This document shows, in pieces, positions 1 through 8,955 of a stretch of DNA of 57,801 bases. Made by a program: the position numbers and the translations under genes. Within the stretch, counting starts at the first letter, position 1; each line of letters opens with the position of its first letter. Source of the stretch: Bacteroidales bacterium (lineage in GTDB: Bacteria > Bacteroidota > Bacteroidia > Bacteroidales > UBA7960). The stretch spans positions 1-57,801 of the forward strand of contig JAWOCF010000135.1 of assembly GCA_046483935.1 (NCBI GenBank). The letters are read 5' to 3'. Under the pieces are notes generated by a model. That model ran no database searches. It saw nothing but the letters and a program-made list of their open reading frames with translations, and was not told the DNA's origin.

Positions 1-746
1 CGCTCCTGTTTCTTCTCCAGGAAATACGAATAGTTGCCTTTGTATTGATAAATATTCCCGTCTTCCAGTTCAACGATCTCGTTGCACACGGCATCAAGAA
101 AGTACCGGTCGTGGGTGACCAACAGCAGGGTCATTTTCTTTCTGACCAGGTAGTTCTCCAGCCATTCGATCATTCCCACATCCAGGTGGTTGGTGGGCTC
201 ATCAAGCAGGATCAGGTCAGCCTCGTCAATCAGGATCTGTGCCAGGGCCAGGCGCTTGATCTGGCCCCCCGACAGCTCCTTCACCTTCATGGACAGGTCG
301 GGGATCATCAACTGTGAGAGGATCTGCTTCATGCGGGTTTCATAGTCCCATGCCTGCAGGGCATCCATGCGTTCCATGATTTGCTGCAGGCGTTTTTGCT
401 GGCCGGGATCTTTTCCTTCGACAGGTTGATTTACCAGCTCTTCATATTCGCGGATGGTGCGGGTCAGCTCATTGTCGTCGTGCAGCAGGGCCTGCGAGAG
501 GGTATGATCGGGCTCAAAAAAAGGTTGTTGCTCCAGATAGGCAATCCGCAGACTGGTGCGGTAGGAGAGCTGGCCGTCATCGGGCTGATCCTTGCCGGCA
601 ATGATATTCATCAGGGTGGTTTTGCCTGTGCCATTGCGGGCAATCAGCCCTACCTTGTCGCCCTGGGAGATGCTTAAGGAGATGTCTTCAAAAAGCACCT
701 TTTCTCCATATGCTTTGCTGATTTGTTCGGCCTGAAAATAGTTCAC
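1..746 (-). CDS. ABC-F family ATP-binding cassette protein (N-terminal part; the 3' end lies beyond the window start)
   Basis: It is absent from the ORF track because it runs off the window edge. My minus-strand translation from GTG at 744-746 gives VNYFQAEQISKAYGEKVLFEDISLSISQGDKVGLIARNGTGKTTLMNIIAG (Walker A), then LSGGQIKRLALAQILIDEADLILLDEPTNHLD (ABC signature plus Walker B), then LLVTHDRYFLD. An in-frame TAA at 759-761 bounds the start. Plus-strand ORFs 45-317 and 381-677 are its antisense shadows. Confidence 0.85.
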   Translation of the reverse strand, partial: MNYFQAEQISKAYGEKVLFEDISLSISQGDKVGLIARNGTGKTTLMNIIAGKDQPDDGQLSYRTSLRIAYLEQQPFFEPDHTLSQALLHDDNELTRTIREYEELVNQPVEGKDPGQQKRLQQIMERMDALQAWDYETRMKQILSQLMIPDLSMKVKELSGGQIKRLALAQILIDEADLILLDEPTNHLDVGMIEWLENYLVRKKMTLLLVTHDRYFLDAVCNEIVELEDGNIYQYKGNYSYFLEKKQE

Positions 747-831
747 GGATAATATAGATTAGTTTGCTGCTGCGCTGATGTTACTCTTTTTCTCAGCAGG
801 GTGATGATGATCGGTCAACCATCAGGCAAAG

Positions 832-863
832 ATAAAAAAAAAGCCCCGGATGGTGCCGGGGCT
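832..863 (-). terminator. Rho-independent terminator downstream of the cold-shock gene
   Basis: Stem AGCCCCGG (842-849) pairs with CCGGGGCT (856-863) across a 6-nt loop. On the minus strand it is followed by a T-run (plus-strand A-run 832-841). Confidence 0.8.
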
Positions 864-886
864 TTTGGTGATGAATGTAGGTTTGT

Positions 887-1078
887 TTAGCCTTTCCTGA
901 CATTAATAGCTTTTTTGCCTCTCTCATCTTCCGATATCTCGTAAGATACCTTGTCGTTGTTGGTTACGATGTCAACAAGACCTGTGTGGTGCACAAAAAC
1001 ATCCTTTTCGGACTTGTCATCCACGATGAATCCATACCCCTTTTTTTCATTAAAGAACTTAATAATACCAGTTTCCAT
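887..1078 (-). CDS. Cold-shock domain protein (CspA family)
   Basis: METGIIKFFNEKKGYGFIVDDKSEKDVFVHHTGL carries the RNP1-like KGYGFI and RNP2-like VFVHH motifs. I prefer the internal ATG at 1076-1078 (63 aa) over the track start at 1117. Confidence 0.85.
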   Translation of the reverse strand: METGIIKFFNEKKGYGFIVDDKSEKDVFVHHTGLVDIVTNNDKVSYEISEDERGKKAINVRKG

Positions 1079-1114
1079 AACACAAGTTTTAGATGTAATT
1101 AATGTTTCAACAAT

Positions 1115-1122
1115 CAAAAATA
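1115..1122 (-). promoter_or_regulatory. Candidate Bacteroidota -7 promoter box (TATTTTTG) for the csp gene
   Basis: The minus strand reads TATTTTTG, matching TAnnTTTG, about 37 nt upstream of the ATG at 1078. Confidence 0.4.
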
Positions 1123-1221
1123 CTATTTTTTTGAATTATATGTATAAAATTTGCAAAAAAATGTTAATACGACTAATTATTTTTATTGATTAGACGCAAA
1201 AAAGTGTTGTCCGGCTAAATA

Positions 1222-1298
1222 AATAGAAAAACCGGCAACCTGTCCGGGGTGATTCTGTGCAAGCAGAGATTCAGGTTTAACGGGACAGTGTTGCCGGC
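1222..1298 (-). terminator. Long hairpin terminator downstream of the extended pckA ORF
   Basis: ACCGGCAACCTGTCCGG (1231-1247) pairs with CGGGACAGTGTTGCCGGC (1281-1298) around a loop of about 33 nt. On the minus strand the hairpin is followed by TTTTCTATTTATTT. Confidence 0.6.
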
Positions 1299-1316
1299 AT
1301 GTTGTGATATGCTGAA

Positions 1317-3596
1317 CTAGAAGTAGTTGATTTCTTCGAGCAATTGCAGGGGATCCTTAATCAAAAGCGGGTTTTTATCCAGATGGATGAGCCCTGAGAT
1401 GGACAGTTTCCTGACCACAATCTGTGATTCCTCCTCCGAAGGCATCTTCATGATAATCAACGAACCAACTTTAATAACAAAGGTAGTGACATTTTCTGAA
1501 ACTTCCCCCAGATCAATGGTGGCCTGATGCAACTCGGGACGTTTGCAGGGCTTGCTGTAAAAGCAGGCTGCAATTTCATTCATCCGTTCATATACCTCTT
1601 CCAAATTCAGCTCTTCGCGCGATTTGGTCATGTATTCATGAATACCCATGTTGGATTGTTCGTGCGAACAGATCTCAAAGCCTGCCCCTTTCATTAATTT
1701 GATTACGGCATGATGACAGTTGCGGATCTCATCAGCATCTTCGGTCTGGAAATAGGAAATGACCGGTACGTGCCTGTTGAGCTTGCTTTTCTTGTAATCC
1801 GAGTTGATGGAGTTGAAGGAGATATACTCGTTGAAGGAATTCTGCAGGATATAGATCTGGTCCTTCAGGCGGGTAATTTCCTGGTGGTGTTGCTTCTCCA
1901 GCTTATTGATCTTTTTGGCGTAATAGTTATAATACTGCTTCATCTGCTGGTTCTGGGGGCCGGCAGCCAGCAGCCTCTGACCTTCCTCGGTGTCGGTGAA
2001 CTTGCTGAAATTCTCAATGAACTTGCCCGCCAGCATATCAGCCTGCTTCAGATAAGCCGACTGGTACTTCCAGGTGTTCATCGGATTCAGGATCAGCGGA
2101 TCCACTCCCGGCACCTCCTTGGGAACAGACAATCCGAAGGGAAACAACTCAACGCAGGGGGTCTTGTCGAGGGTGCCATCCAGGATGGCACTGATGATGT
2201 TGCGGGTGCTTTCCAGGTCAATGCGGTGACCAATGCCATAAGGGCCGCCAATCCATCCGGTGTTTACCAGATAGGCCGTGGCTCCATGCTTTTTAATCTT
2301 GCGGGCCAGTTCTTTGGCGTATACCGTAGGATGCTGCATCAGGAAGGCTGCCCCGAAAGCAGGGGAGAAGGTAGGCAGGGGCTCCTTGACCCCGCGTTCG
2401 GTGCCCGCCAGCTTGGCCGTGTAGCCACTCAGGAAGTAGTACATGGCCTGATCCAGGTTCAGGCGCGATACCGGAGGAATCACCCCGAAGGCATCGGCCG
2501 TCAGGAAGATGATCTTACGAGGATGCGAGCCTTTTGACACCGGCTTGACAATATTCTTGATGTGATAGATGGGGTATGAAACGCGGGTGTTTTCTGTTTT
2601 GGTGGTGTCAAAGAAGTTTACATCGCCTGTTTTGGGATCGTATACCACATTTTCAAGCAGGGCATCTTTACGGATGGCCTGGTAAATGTCGGGTTCCTTT
2701 TCCTTGCTCAGGTTGACGCATTTGGCATAACAGCCTCCTTCAAAGTTAAAGATCCCTTCATCGTCCCAGCCATGCTCATCATCTCCGATGAGGTACCGGT
2801 CAGGATCGGCCGACAGGGTGGTTTTGCCAGTGCCCGACAGGCCAAAGAAAATGGCTGTATCCCCATTTTTTCCCATGTTGGCCGAGCAATGCATGGAAGC
2901 CATTTTCTGCAGGGGAAGAAAGTAATTCATTACCGAGAAGAATCCTTTTTTGATCTCTCCGCCATACCAGGTGCCTCCGATCATGGCCCGGCGTTCCTTG
3001 AGATTGAAGGCGACGTAAACATCTGAATTCAGCTTCTGACGCTCCCAGTTTTCATTGACTGTTTTACAGGCATTAAACATCACGAAATCAGGCTCAAAGG
3101 TTTTTAGCTCTTCCAGGGAAGGCCTGATAAACATGTTTTTCACGAAATGGGCCATCCAGGCTACCTCGGTAATGACCCGTATTTTCAGCCGGGTATTTTC
3201 ATTGGCACCACAGTAGGCATCCATCACATAGAGCTTCTTTCCGGTAAACTGATCCAGGGTTGTCTGGGTCAGCTCTTTCCAGATTGCCTCGGAAATGGGC
3301 TTGTTGTCTGAACGGTTTTTCCCGGGATCGGCCCACCAGATATGATCCTGGGAGGTTTCTTCCTTTACAATATATTTGTCCTTGGGCGAGCGGCCGGTAA
3401 ATATTCCGGTATCCACAGCTACCGCTCCCGAACTGGTCACAAAACCCCTTTCGTAACCTTCCAGGTTGGGATCCGTCTCATGTTCAAACAGCGTTTCATA
3501 GTCAAGGTTATAATAAACTTCCCTGACATCTTTTATCCCGTACTGACTTAGATCAGGAGCCTGTATGGTTTCCGGGAGGTGGTTGACTTCTTGCAT
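1317..3596 (-). CDS. pckA: ATP-dependent phosphoenolpyruvate carboxykinase with an in-frame ~211-aa C-terminal extension of unknown function
   Basis: Residues 1 to about 548 are typical PckA: [10 protein letters not shown], the kinase-1a loop [21 protein letters not shown], and the usual C-terminal ...[16 protein letters not shown]. The frame then continues [21 protein letters not shown]... to 759 aa with no stop. Confidence 0.9.
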   Translation of the reverse strand: MQEVNHLPETIQAPDLSQYGIKDVREVYYNLDYETLFEHETDPNLEGYERGFVTSSGAVAVDTGIFTGRSPKDKYIVKEETSQDHIWWADPGKNRSDNKPISEAIWKELTQTTLDQFTGKKLYVMDAYCGANENTRLKIRVITEVAWMAHFVKNMFIRPSLEELKTFEPDFVMFNACKTVNENWERQKLNSDVYVAFNLKERRAMIGGTWYGGEIKKGFFSVMNYFLPLQKMASMHCSANMGKNGDTAIFFGLSGTGKTTLSADPDRYLIGDDEHGWDDEGIFNFEGGCYAKCVNLSKEKEPDIYQAIRKDALLENVVYDPKTGDVNFFDTTKTENTRVSYPIYHIKNIVKPVSKGSHPRKIIFLTADAFGVIPPVSRLNLDQAMYYFLSGYTAKLAGTERGVKEPLPTFSPAFGAAFLMQHPTVYAKELARKIKKHGATAYLVNTGWIGGPYGIGHRIDLESTRNIISAILDGTLDKTPCVELFPFGLSVPKEVPGVDPLILNPMNTWKYQSAYLKQADMLAGKFIENFSKFTDTEEGQRLLAAGPQNQQMKQYYNYYAKKINKLEKQHHQEITRLKDQIYILQNSFNEYISFNSINSDYKKSKLNRHVPVISYFQTEDADEIRNCHHAVIKLMKGAGFEICSHEQSNMGIHEYMTKSREELNLEEVYERMNEIAACFYSKPCKRPELHQATIDLGEVSENVTTFVIKVGSLIIMKMPSEEESQIVVRKLSISGLIHLDKNPLLIKDPLQLLEEINYF

Positions 3597-3647
3597 GGAG
3601 TGAGGTGTTTTTTTTTTGCTTTGATAGTATTATAAAAAGGATTGCAC

Positions 3648-3655
3648 CAAATTTA
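3648..3655 (-). promoter_or_regulatory. Candidate -7 promoter box (TAAATTTG) for pckA
   Basis: The minus strand reads TAAATTTG (TAnnTTTG) about 50 nt upstream of the pckA ATG. An A10 tract lies in the predicted leader (plus-strand T10 at 3608-3617). Confidence 0.5.
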
Positions 3656-3895
3656 GCAATTAACTCTTTTGATGCAATCGTTTGTTTTAGGAAAAAACAG
3701 ATTTTTATTGCCATTTGTTCTGCCTATAATGTTCGCTGGTGAAAAACCAGTGTTCGTATATGGACAGGTTTATGAATGGATAAAAACAATATTTGATTAT
3801 AAAATATTGAAATTCAATAGTATACGAACATTGGCATGCAATTGGTAAGATATTAAGCAACAAGGAGAAACAAAAGAACTTAAAATATAAAAGTC

Positions 3896-4201
3896 ATGAA
3901 AACCAAACTGATCTTCGCCGCCCTGCTGTTCGTGTTTACAGCTACTTTTGCCCAGGCAAATTCTTCTAAAAAAATGCTTCATCTGGTTGATTCCTTTGGC
4001 CGCCATTTGTTTATGCCGGTGCAGGCTGATGAAGCTCCCGAGGCACTTCCCTTCGATGCTGCCGATATCTTCCATCGCACCCGGATGGCCGATGTGAATA
4101 AAATATTTGATTTGTCTACTATGACAAAGCCTGAAGCTGATGCTGATGACATTGATATTGATCTGAAAGCTGTTTATGAAGAAACCACAAAAAACAGGTA
4201 A
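3896..4201 (+). CDS. Small secreted hypothetical protein (signal peptide, acidic C-terminus)
   Basis: The N-terminus MKTKLIFAALLFVFTATFAQA looks like a signal peptide. A very strong terminator follows at 4274-4309. I recognise no family. Confidence 0.55.
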   Translation: MKTKLIFAALLFVFTATFAQANSSKKMLHLVDSFGRHLFMPVQADEAPEALPFDAADIFHRTRMADVNKIFDLSTMTKPEADADDIDIDLKAVYEETTKNR

Positions 4202-4273
4202 CTCCTCTGCAACCGGTAAACTACCTGCTTATTAACTATTGAAGTTTCGATTTCATCATCTTGTTTGGTTTTT

Positions 4274-4309
4274 CAGGCCCGGGAACATCTTCCCGGGCCT
4301 GTTTTTTTT
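4274..4309 (+). terminator. Rho-independent terminator
   Basis: A perfect 11-bp stem CAGGCCCGGGA/TCCCGGGCCTG with a 6-nt loop is followed by T8. Confidence 0.85.
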
Positions 4310-4315
4310 GTTCAC

Positions 4316-4349
4316 ACAAAAAAAGCCGCCTGCCCAAAGGCAAGCGGCT
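4316..4349 (-). terminator. Rho-independent terminator downstream of ppdK
   Basis: Stem AGCCGCCTGCC/GGCAAGCGGCT has one mismatch. On the minus strand a T-run follows (plus-strand A-run 4316-4323). Confidence 0.8.
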
Positions 4350-4374
4350 TTTATAATGATTCAGAGTTTCAGGA

Positions 4375-7155
4375 TCAGGCGGTGGTATAGGTAGCCGTGC
4401 CAGCCATTTTCTCTTTTACATTGGCCTGTGCGGCAGCCAGTCGTGCAATCGGTACACGGAAAGGAGAGCAGCTCACATAGTTCATGCCTACTGAGTGGCA
4501 GAATTCAACAGAGCTGGGTTCGCCACCATGTTCACCGCAGATACCCACTTTGAGGTTCGGGCGGCCCTGGCGACCACGTTCTATTCCCAGTTTCACCAGC
4601 TGGCCCACGCCTTCCTGATCAAGCACCTGGAAAGGATCGGCTTTCAGCAGTCCCTTTTCGAGGTATACAGGCAGGAAGCGGCCGGCATCGTCGCGCGAAT
4701 ACCCAAAGGTCATCTGGGTAAGGTCGTTGGTGCCAAAGGAGAAGAACTCGGCATTCTGGGCAATTTTATCGGCAATCAAGGTCGCCCTGGGGATCTCGAT
4801 CATGGTACCTACCAGATACTCCACCCGGTCGCCACGTTCTTCACATACTTTTTCGGCAGTGGTGCGAACAATGGATTCCTGCAGCTTCATTTCTTCATGG
4901 GTACCCGTCAGCGGGATCATGATCTCGGGAATGGCCGTGATGCCCCTTTTCTTCAGATTGAGTGCAGCTTCCATGATGGCACGGGTCTGCATCTCGGAGA
5001 TCTCAGGATAGGTGTTGCCCAGGCGGCAGCCACGGTGACCCAGCATAGGGTTGAACTCATGCAGGGCAGCCACTTTTGCTTTTACCTCTTCGGCCGAGAT
5101 GCCCATTTCTTTGGCCATTTCTTCCTGGTTTTCTTCTTCGTGGGGCAGGAACTCATGCAAGGGGGGATCCAGCAAACGTACGGTGACAGGCAGATCCTGC
5201 ATGGCCTCGAAGATGCCTTCGAAGTCTTCGCGTTGAATAGGAAGCAGTTTCTCGAGGGCTTTGCGACGACCTGTTTCGTCGTTGGCAAGGATCATCTCGC
5301 GCATGGCTCTGATGCGAACCCCTTCGAAGAACATGTGCTCAGTACGGCAAAGACCAATGCCTTTGGCGCCAAATTCGCGGGCTACTCTTGAATCTTTGGG
5401 AGTGTCGGCGTTGGTGCGAACAGACATCTTGGTGTGCTTTTCAGCAAGTTCCATGAGTTTGGCAAAATCACCACTCATCTGGGGAACAACCGTTTTGATG
5501 CGGCCTTCGTACACCTCGCCGGTAGTGCCATTCAGAGAGATAAAGTCACCTTCTTTGAACATCCTGCCGTCGACCGACATGGTGCGGTTTTTATAGCTGA
5601 TGCTTACAGAACCTGCACCCGAGATGCAGCATTTACCCATTCCGCGGGCTACTACTGCGGCATGAGAGGTCATCCCACCACGGGCGGTAAGAATCCCTTC
5701 GGCAGCATCCATCCCACTAAGGTCTTCAGGAGAGGTTTCAATACGCACCAGGATTACTTTTTTGCCTTCGGCAGCCCATTGGGCAGCTTCGTCAGCAAAG
5801 AAGACGATCTGTCCGGTGGCAGCTCCTGGTGAAGCAGGGAGTCCTTTTGCGATGACGGTATTTTTGGTCATCTCATCCTTATCAAAAACAGGGTGAAGCA
5901 ACTCATCCAGTTTGTTAGGTTCAACGCGCAGCAGGGCTTCTTCCCCGGTCAGATCACCCTCGCGCAGCATGTCCATGGCAATTTTTACCATTGCCGGGCC
6001 GGTGCGTTTTCCGTTACGGGTTTGAAGCATCCACAGTTTGCCTTCCTGAATTGTAAATTCAAGGTCCTGCATGTCGCGGTAATGTTTCTCGAGCTTGGCT
6101 TGTTGCTCATCCAGCTGGCGGTATAGGTCGGGGAACAATTCTTCCAGCGAAGGATATCTGCTCGTGCGTTCTTCTTCAGAAATGCCTTGCAGTTTGGCCC
6201 AACGCAATGATCCCTCTTTGGTGATCTCGCGGGGGGTGCGGATTCCGGCAACCACGTCTTCACCTTGTGCATTCACCAGGTATTCGCCGTTGAAGATGTC
6301 TTCACCGGTACCGGCATCACGGGTAAAGGCAACGCCTGTTGCTGAGGTGTCGCCCATATTGCCGAATACCATGGCCTGAACATTCACGGCGGTTCCCCAT
6401 TCGGAGGGGATGTTGTGCATTTTGCGGTAATAGGTAGCCCTGGGGGTGTTCCACGATTCAAAAACAGCCACTACCGAGCCCCACAGCTGTTCCCATGGAT
6501 CTTCGGGAAACCCTTTGCCGGTTTGCTCTTTTACTGCTTTCTTGAAACGTTGCACCAGTTCTTTAAGGTCTTCAGTGGTCAGATCCTGGTCGGTCTGGGC
6601 TCCTTTTTCTTCTTTCAGGTGGTCCATGATCACATCGAAAGGATCTTCCTCTTCTTTGTTGGCGGGTTTCATCCCCATCACCACATCACCATACATCTGA
6701 ACAAAACGGCGGTACGAATCCCATACAAATCTTTCATTGCCTGTTTTGCGGGCCATGCCTTCAAGGGTTTGTTCATTCAACCCCAGGTTCAGAACGGTAT
6801 CCATCATGCCGGGCATTGAAGCCCTGGCTCCCGAACGTACCGACAGCAGCAGGGGGTTGTCTTTGTCGCCGAAACCTGCCCCCATTTCTTTTTCTACTTT
6901 ACGCATATTGGCCTCAACCTCTTCCTTGATAGCCTGTACGGTATAGTCATGGCCTTCTTTGTTATATAAGGTACTCACTTCAGTAGAGATCGTGAATCCA
7001 GGAGGCACGGGAACGCCCAGGTTTACCATTTCGGCCAGGTTGGCTCCTTTACCGCCCAGCAGGTTGCGCATGGTGGCATCGCCATCAGCGCGATCACCAC
7101 CAAAAAAGAAAACTTTTTTGTCTTTTTGATCTGCCTTCATACTTGTTTTGTCCAT
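4375..7155 (-). CDS. ppdK: Pyruvate, phosphate dikinase
   Basis: The 926-aa product has LLGGKGANLAEM in the ATP-grasp N-terminus, the phosphohistidine loop GGMTSHAAVVARGMG, and CRTEHMFF plus GICGEHGGEP in the PEP-utilising C-terminal domain. Confidence 0.95.
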   Translation of the reverse strand: MDKTSMKADQKDKKVFFFGGDRADGDATMRNLLGGKGANLAEMVNLGVPVPPGFTISTEVSTLYNKEGHDYTVQAIKEEVEANMRKVEKEMGAGFGDKDNPLLLSVRSGARASMPGMMDTVLNLGLNEQTLEGMARKTGNERFVWDSYRRFVQMYGDVVMGMKPANKEEEDPFDVIMDHLKEEKGAQTDQDLTTEDLKELVQRFKKAVKEQTGKGFPEDPWEQLWGSVVAVFESWNTPRATYYRKMHNIPSEWGTAVNVQAMVFGNMGDTSATGVAFTRDAGTGEDIFNGEYLVNAQGEDVVAGIRTPREITKEGSLRWAKLQGISEEERTSRYPSLEELFPDLYRQLDEQQAKLEKHYRDMQDLEFTIQEGKLWMLQTRNGKRTGPAMVKIAMDMLREGDLTGEEALLRVEPNKLDELLHPVFDKDEMTKNTVIAKGLPASPGAATGQIVFFADEAAQWAAEGKKVILVRIETSPEDLSGMDAAEGILTARGGMTSHAAVVARGMGKCCISGAGSVSISYKNRTMSVDGRMFKEGDFISLNGTTGEVYEGRIKTVVPQMSGDFAKLMELAEKHTKMSVRTNADTPKDSRVAREFGAKGIGLCRTEHMFFEGVRIRAMREMILANDETGRRKALEKLLPIQREDFEGIFEAMQDLPVTVRLLDPPLHEFLPHEEENQEEMAKEMGISAEEVKAKVAALHEFNPMLGHRGCRLGNTYPEISEMQTRAIMEAALNLKKRGITAIPEIMIPLTGTHEEMKLQESIVRTTAEKVCEERGDRVEYLVGTMIEIPRATLIADKIAQNAEFFSFGTNDLTQMTFGYSRDDAGRFLPVYLEKGLLKADPFQVLDQEGVGQLVKLGIERGRQGRPNLKVGICGEHGGEPSSVEFCHSVGMNYVSCSPFRVPIARLAAAQANVKEKMAGTATYTTA

Positions 7156-7272
7156 TTTATGCTCTGTTTATTGAAACAATTTGATTTATTCGTGTAGAAT
7201 GATTCTGATAAAGATCCTTTACTAGCCTGATAATCTTGATGTTGCGATCAAAATCCTAGCCTAAAAGGAGTA

Positions 7273-7280
7273 CAAATTTA
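7273..7280 (-). promoter_or_regulatory. Candidate -7 promoter box (TAAATTTG) for ppdK
   Basis: The minus strand reads TAAATTTG about 115 nt upstream of the ppdK ATG. Confidence 0.45.
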
Positions 7281-7459
7281 AGAATATTTTCCTTTGGAAA
7301 GGGGATACAATCATTATTAAAAGGTTATCATTGGAGATTAACGCTTATTACCGGCAATAGTTTGGTCTTCATAAAAAATCTCTGCTGCTGCCTGTAGGCC
7401 GGTATTTGCCTTTGCCGGGGAATGCTCCGGATCAACCTGAATTTGTGGCAGATAATTAT

Positions 7460-7467
7460 TACTTTTG
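7460..7467 (+). promoter_or_regulatory. Candidate -7 promoter box (TACTTTTG) for the TatD-family gene
   Basis: It matches TAnnTTTG and lies inside the track ORF that starts at 7422, 20 nt upstream of an in-frame TTG at 7488. Confidence 0.45.
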
Positions 7468-7487
7468 CCACACTTTTTTTCAGGACC

Positions 7488-8156
7488 TTGACTTTTATTA
7501 ACATCCATACCCATCAAGCGCAGCCGGAAGGAATTGTTGGTATCACTAATGTATTCCTGCAGGATTATGCTGCAGATGGCCGTGCGGCGAAGGGGCTGTT
7601 TTCTCTGGCAATCCATCCCTGGCATGTTTTACAGCTAAAGGATGAAGTTCAGGAACTTCTTGAATTGTTGGAAAAAGCAGCCACCCATCCTGACATGGCA
7701 GCCCTGGGCGAAACAGGCCTTGACAAGGCCTCAGAGGCCCCCTGGAGGCTTCAAAAACAGTTCTTCGGGATGCAGGCCCACCTGGCCCAACGCCTTCAGA
7801 AACCCATGATAATTCATTGTGTGAGGGCCTGGCAGGAGATCATGGCCTACAGAAAGAATCATCAGGATGCTGCCCCCTGGATTATTCATGGCTTTACCGG
7901 AAGCAAACAGCTGGCCCGGCAGCTGGTTGACGAGGGATTTTATCTGTCCTTCGGGGCTGCTTTGGTGAAAGGCCATCAGAAAACTATTGAAAGTCTGTTG
8001 CAGGTTGGTGCGGAGCATATTTTTATGGAAACCGACGATGAGCAGATTTCTATTGAAACAGTATATGCAAATGCTGCAGGCCATCTGGGAGTTTCAGTAT
8101 CGCACTTGCAGCAGATAATTTTTGAATCATTTAACAAGCTTTTTAAAACATATTAA
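7488..8156 (+). CDS. TatD-family metal-dependent hydrolase
   Basis: Motifs FINIHTH (metal-binding HxH), GETGLD, IIHCV and FMETD are present. I prefer the TTG start at 7488 (222 aa, beginning xTFINIHTH) because the -7 box lies downstream of the track ATG at 7422. The start remains uncertain. Confidence 0.75.
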   Translation: MTFINIHTHQAQPEGIVGITNVFLQDYAADGRAAKGLFSLAIHPWHVLQLKDEVQELLELLEKAATHPDMAALGETGLDKASEAPWRLQKQFFGMQAHLAQRLQKPMIIHCVRAWQEIMAYRKNHQDAAPWIIHGFTGSKQLARQLVDEGFYLSFGAALVKGHQKTIESLLQVGAEHIFMETDDEQISIETVYANAAGHLGVSVSHLQQIIFESFNKLFKTY

Positions 8157-8944
8157 TGATAGATAACCTTTGGCAGGAAAGAACCCTGCTGTTGATTCAG
8201 GAAGACAACCAAAAAAGGCTTCAGCAAGCCAATGTATTTGTGGCTGGCCTGGGTGGAGTAGGGGCCTATGCTGCCGAAATGCTCTGCCGGGCGGGCGTGG
8301 GTAAAATGACCATTGCCGATGGCGACCAGATAAATCCTTCCAATCTCAACCGCCAGCTGCTGGCCCTGAACTCTACAACCGGCGGGCGGAAGGCTACCCT
8401 GATGAAGCAACGCCTGCTGGACATTAATCCTTCGCTCGAATTGACAGTTATTGATGAATATATGGTGGATGAGCACTTTTCGCAGGTGCTGGAAACCCCT
8501 TTTGATTATGTGGTGGATGCCATCGATACGCTGAGTCCCAAGATCGCTTTGATTGCCCAGACCTTGAGAAAGGGCCTGCCGTTGATCAGTTCGATGGGTG
8601 CAGGCGGAAAAATGGATCCCAGCCAGGTGTTGATCGGTGATTTCTCCAATACCTACCATTGCAAACTGGCACGCACTCTCAGGAAGCGCCTGCGCAAGAT
8701 GAATGTGGAAAAAGGGTTTAAGGCCGTCTTCTCTACCGAAATCACTCAAAGCGAGGCCGTTTGCCTGGTCGATGATGAGCCCAACAAGAAATCTACAGTA
8801 GGCACCATTTCTTATATGCCTGCAATTTTTGGATGTATGTGTGCTTCGGTGGTGGTACGCGACCTGTTGGATATGCCCTATCCAATGGCCAAAAAGCCTC
8901 CTCTGAAAAACAGGCACGCCCTGGAGAATATCCTGGATCAATAG
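8156..8944 (+). CDS. tcdA: tRNA threonylcarbamoyladenosine dehydratase (ThiF/E1-like, TcdA/CsdL family)
   Basis: VFVAGLGGVGAYAAEMLCRAGVGKMTIADGDQINPSNLNRQ is the E1-like Rossmann fold. The ATG overlaps the TatD stop (TAATG). The minus ORF 8153-8941 is its shadow. Confidence 0.8.
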   Translation: MIDNLWQERTLLLIQEDNQKRLQQANVFVAGLGGVGAYAAEMLCRAGVGKMTIADGDQINPSNLNRQLLALNSTTGGRKATLMKQRLLDINPSLELTVIDEYMVDEHFSQVLETPFDYVVDAIDTLSPKIALIAQTLRKGLPLISSMGAGGKMDPSQVLIGDFSNTYHCKLARTLRKRLRKMNVEKGFKAVFSTEITQSEAVCLVDDEPNKKSTVGTISYMPAIFGCMCASVVVRDLLDMPYPMAKKPPLKNRHALENILDQ

Positions 8945-8955
8945 CCTGCGAAGGG

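Noticed and set aside
1710-2537. Long plus-strand ORFs inside pckA. The same pattern occurs at 4495-5391 in ppdK, 11292-11972 in the oxidoreductase beta gene, 20653-21240 in prfA, 22652-23407 in the S46 gene, 33940-34578 in lptD, 51127-51897 in the kinase gene and 56650-57234 in tldD/pmbA.
   Set aside because: All are antisense or out-of-frame shadows of strongly supported genes. None has motifs, a promoter box or a terminator of its own.
3608-3617. A T10 homopolymer (A10 in the pckA leader) as a possible phase-variation tract.
   Set aside because: It lies in the 5' UTR, not in coding sequence or between promoter elements. A-rich leaders are the normal translation-initiation context in Bacteroidota.
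7338-7625. A 95-aa minus-strand ORF spanning the ppdK-tatD intergenic region.
   Set aside because: It overlaps the TatD start and promoter, has no signal or motif, and has odd composition. It is most likely spurious.
8153-8941. A 262-aa minus-strand ORF exactly antisense to tcdA.
   Set aside because: The plus-strand frame has clear ThiF/E1 motifs. The antisense product is low-complexity (rich in H, Q, G and R) with no motifs, so it is a typical shadow ORF.
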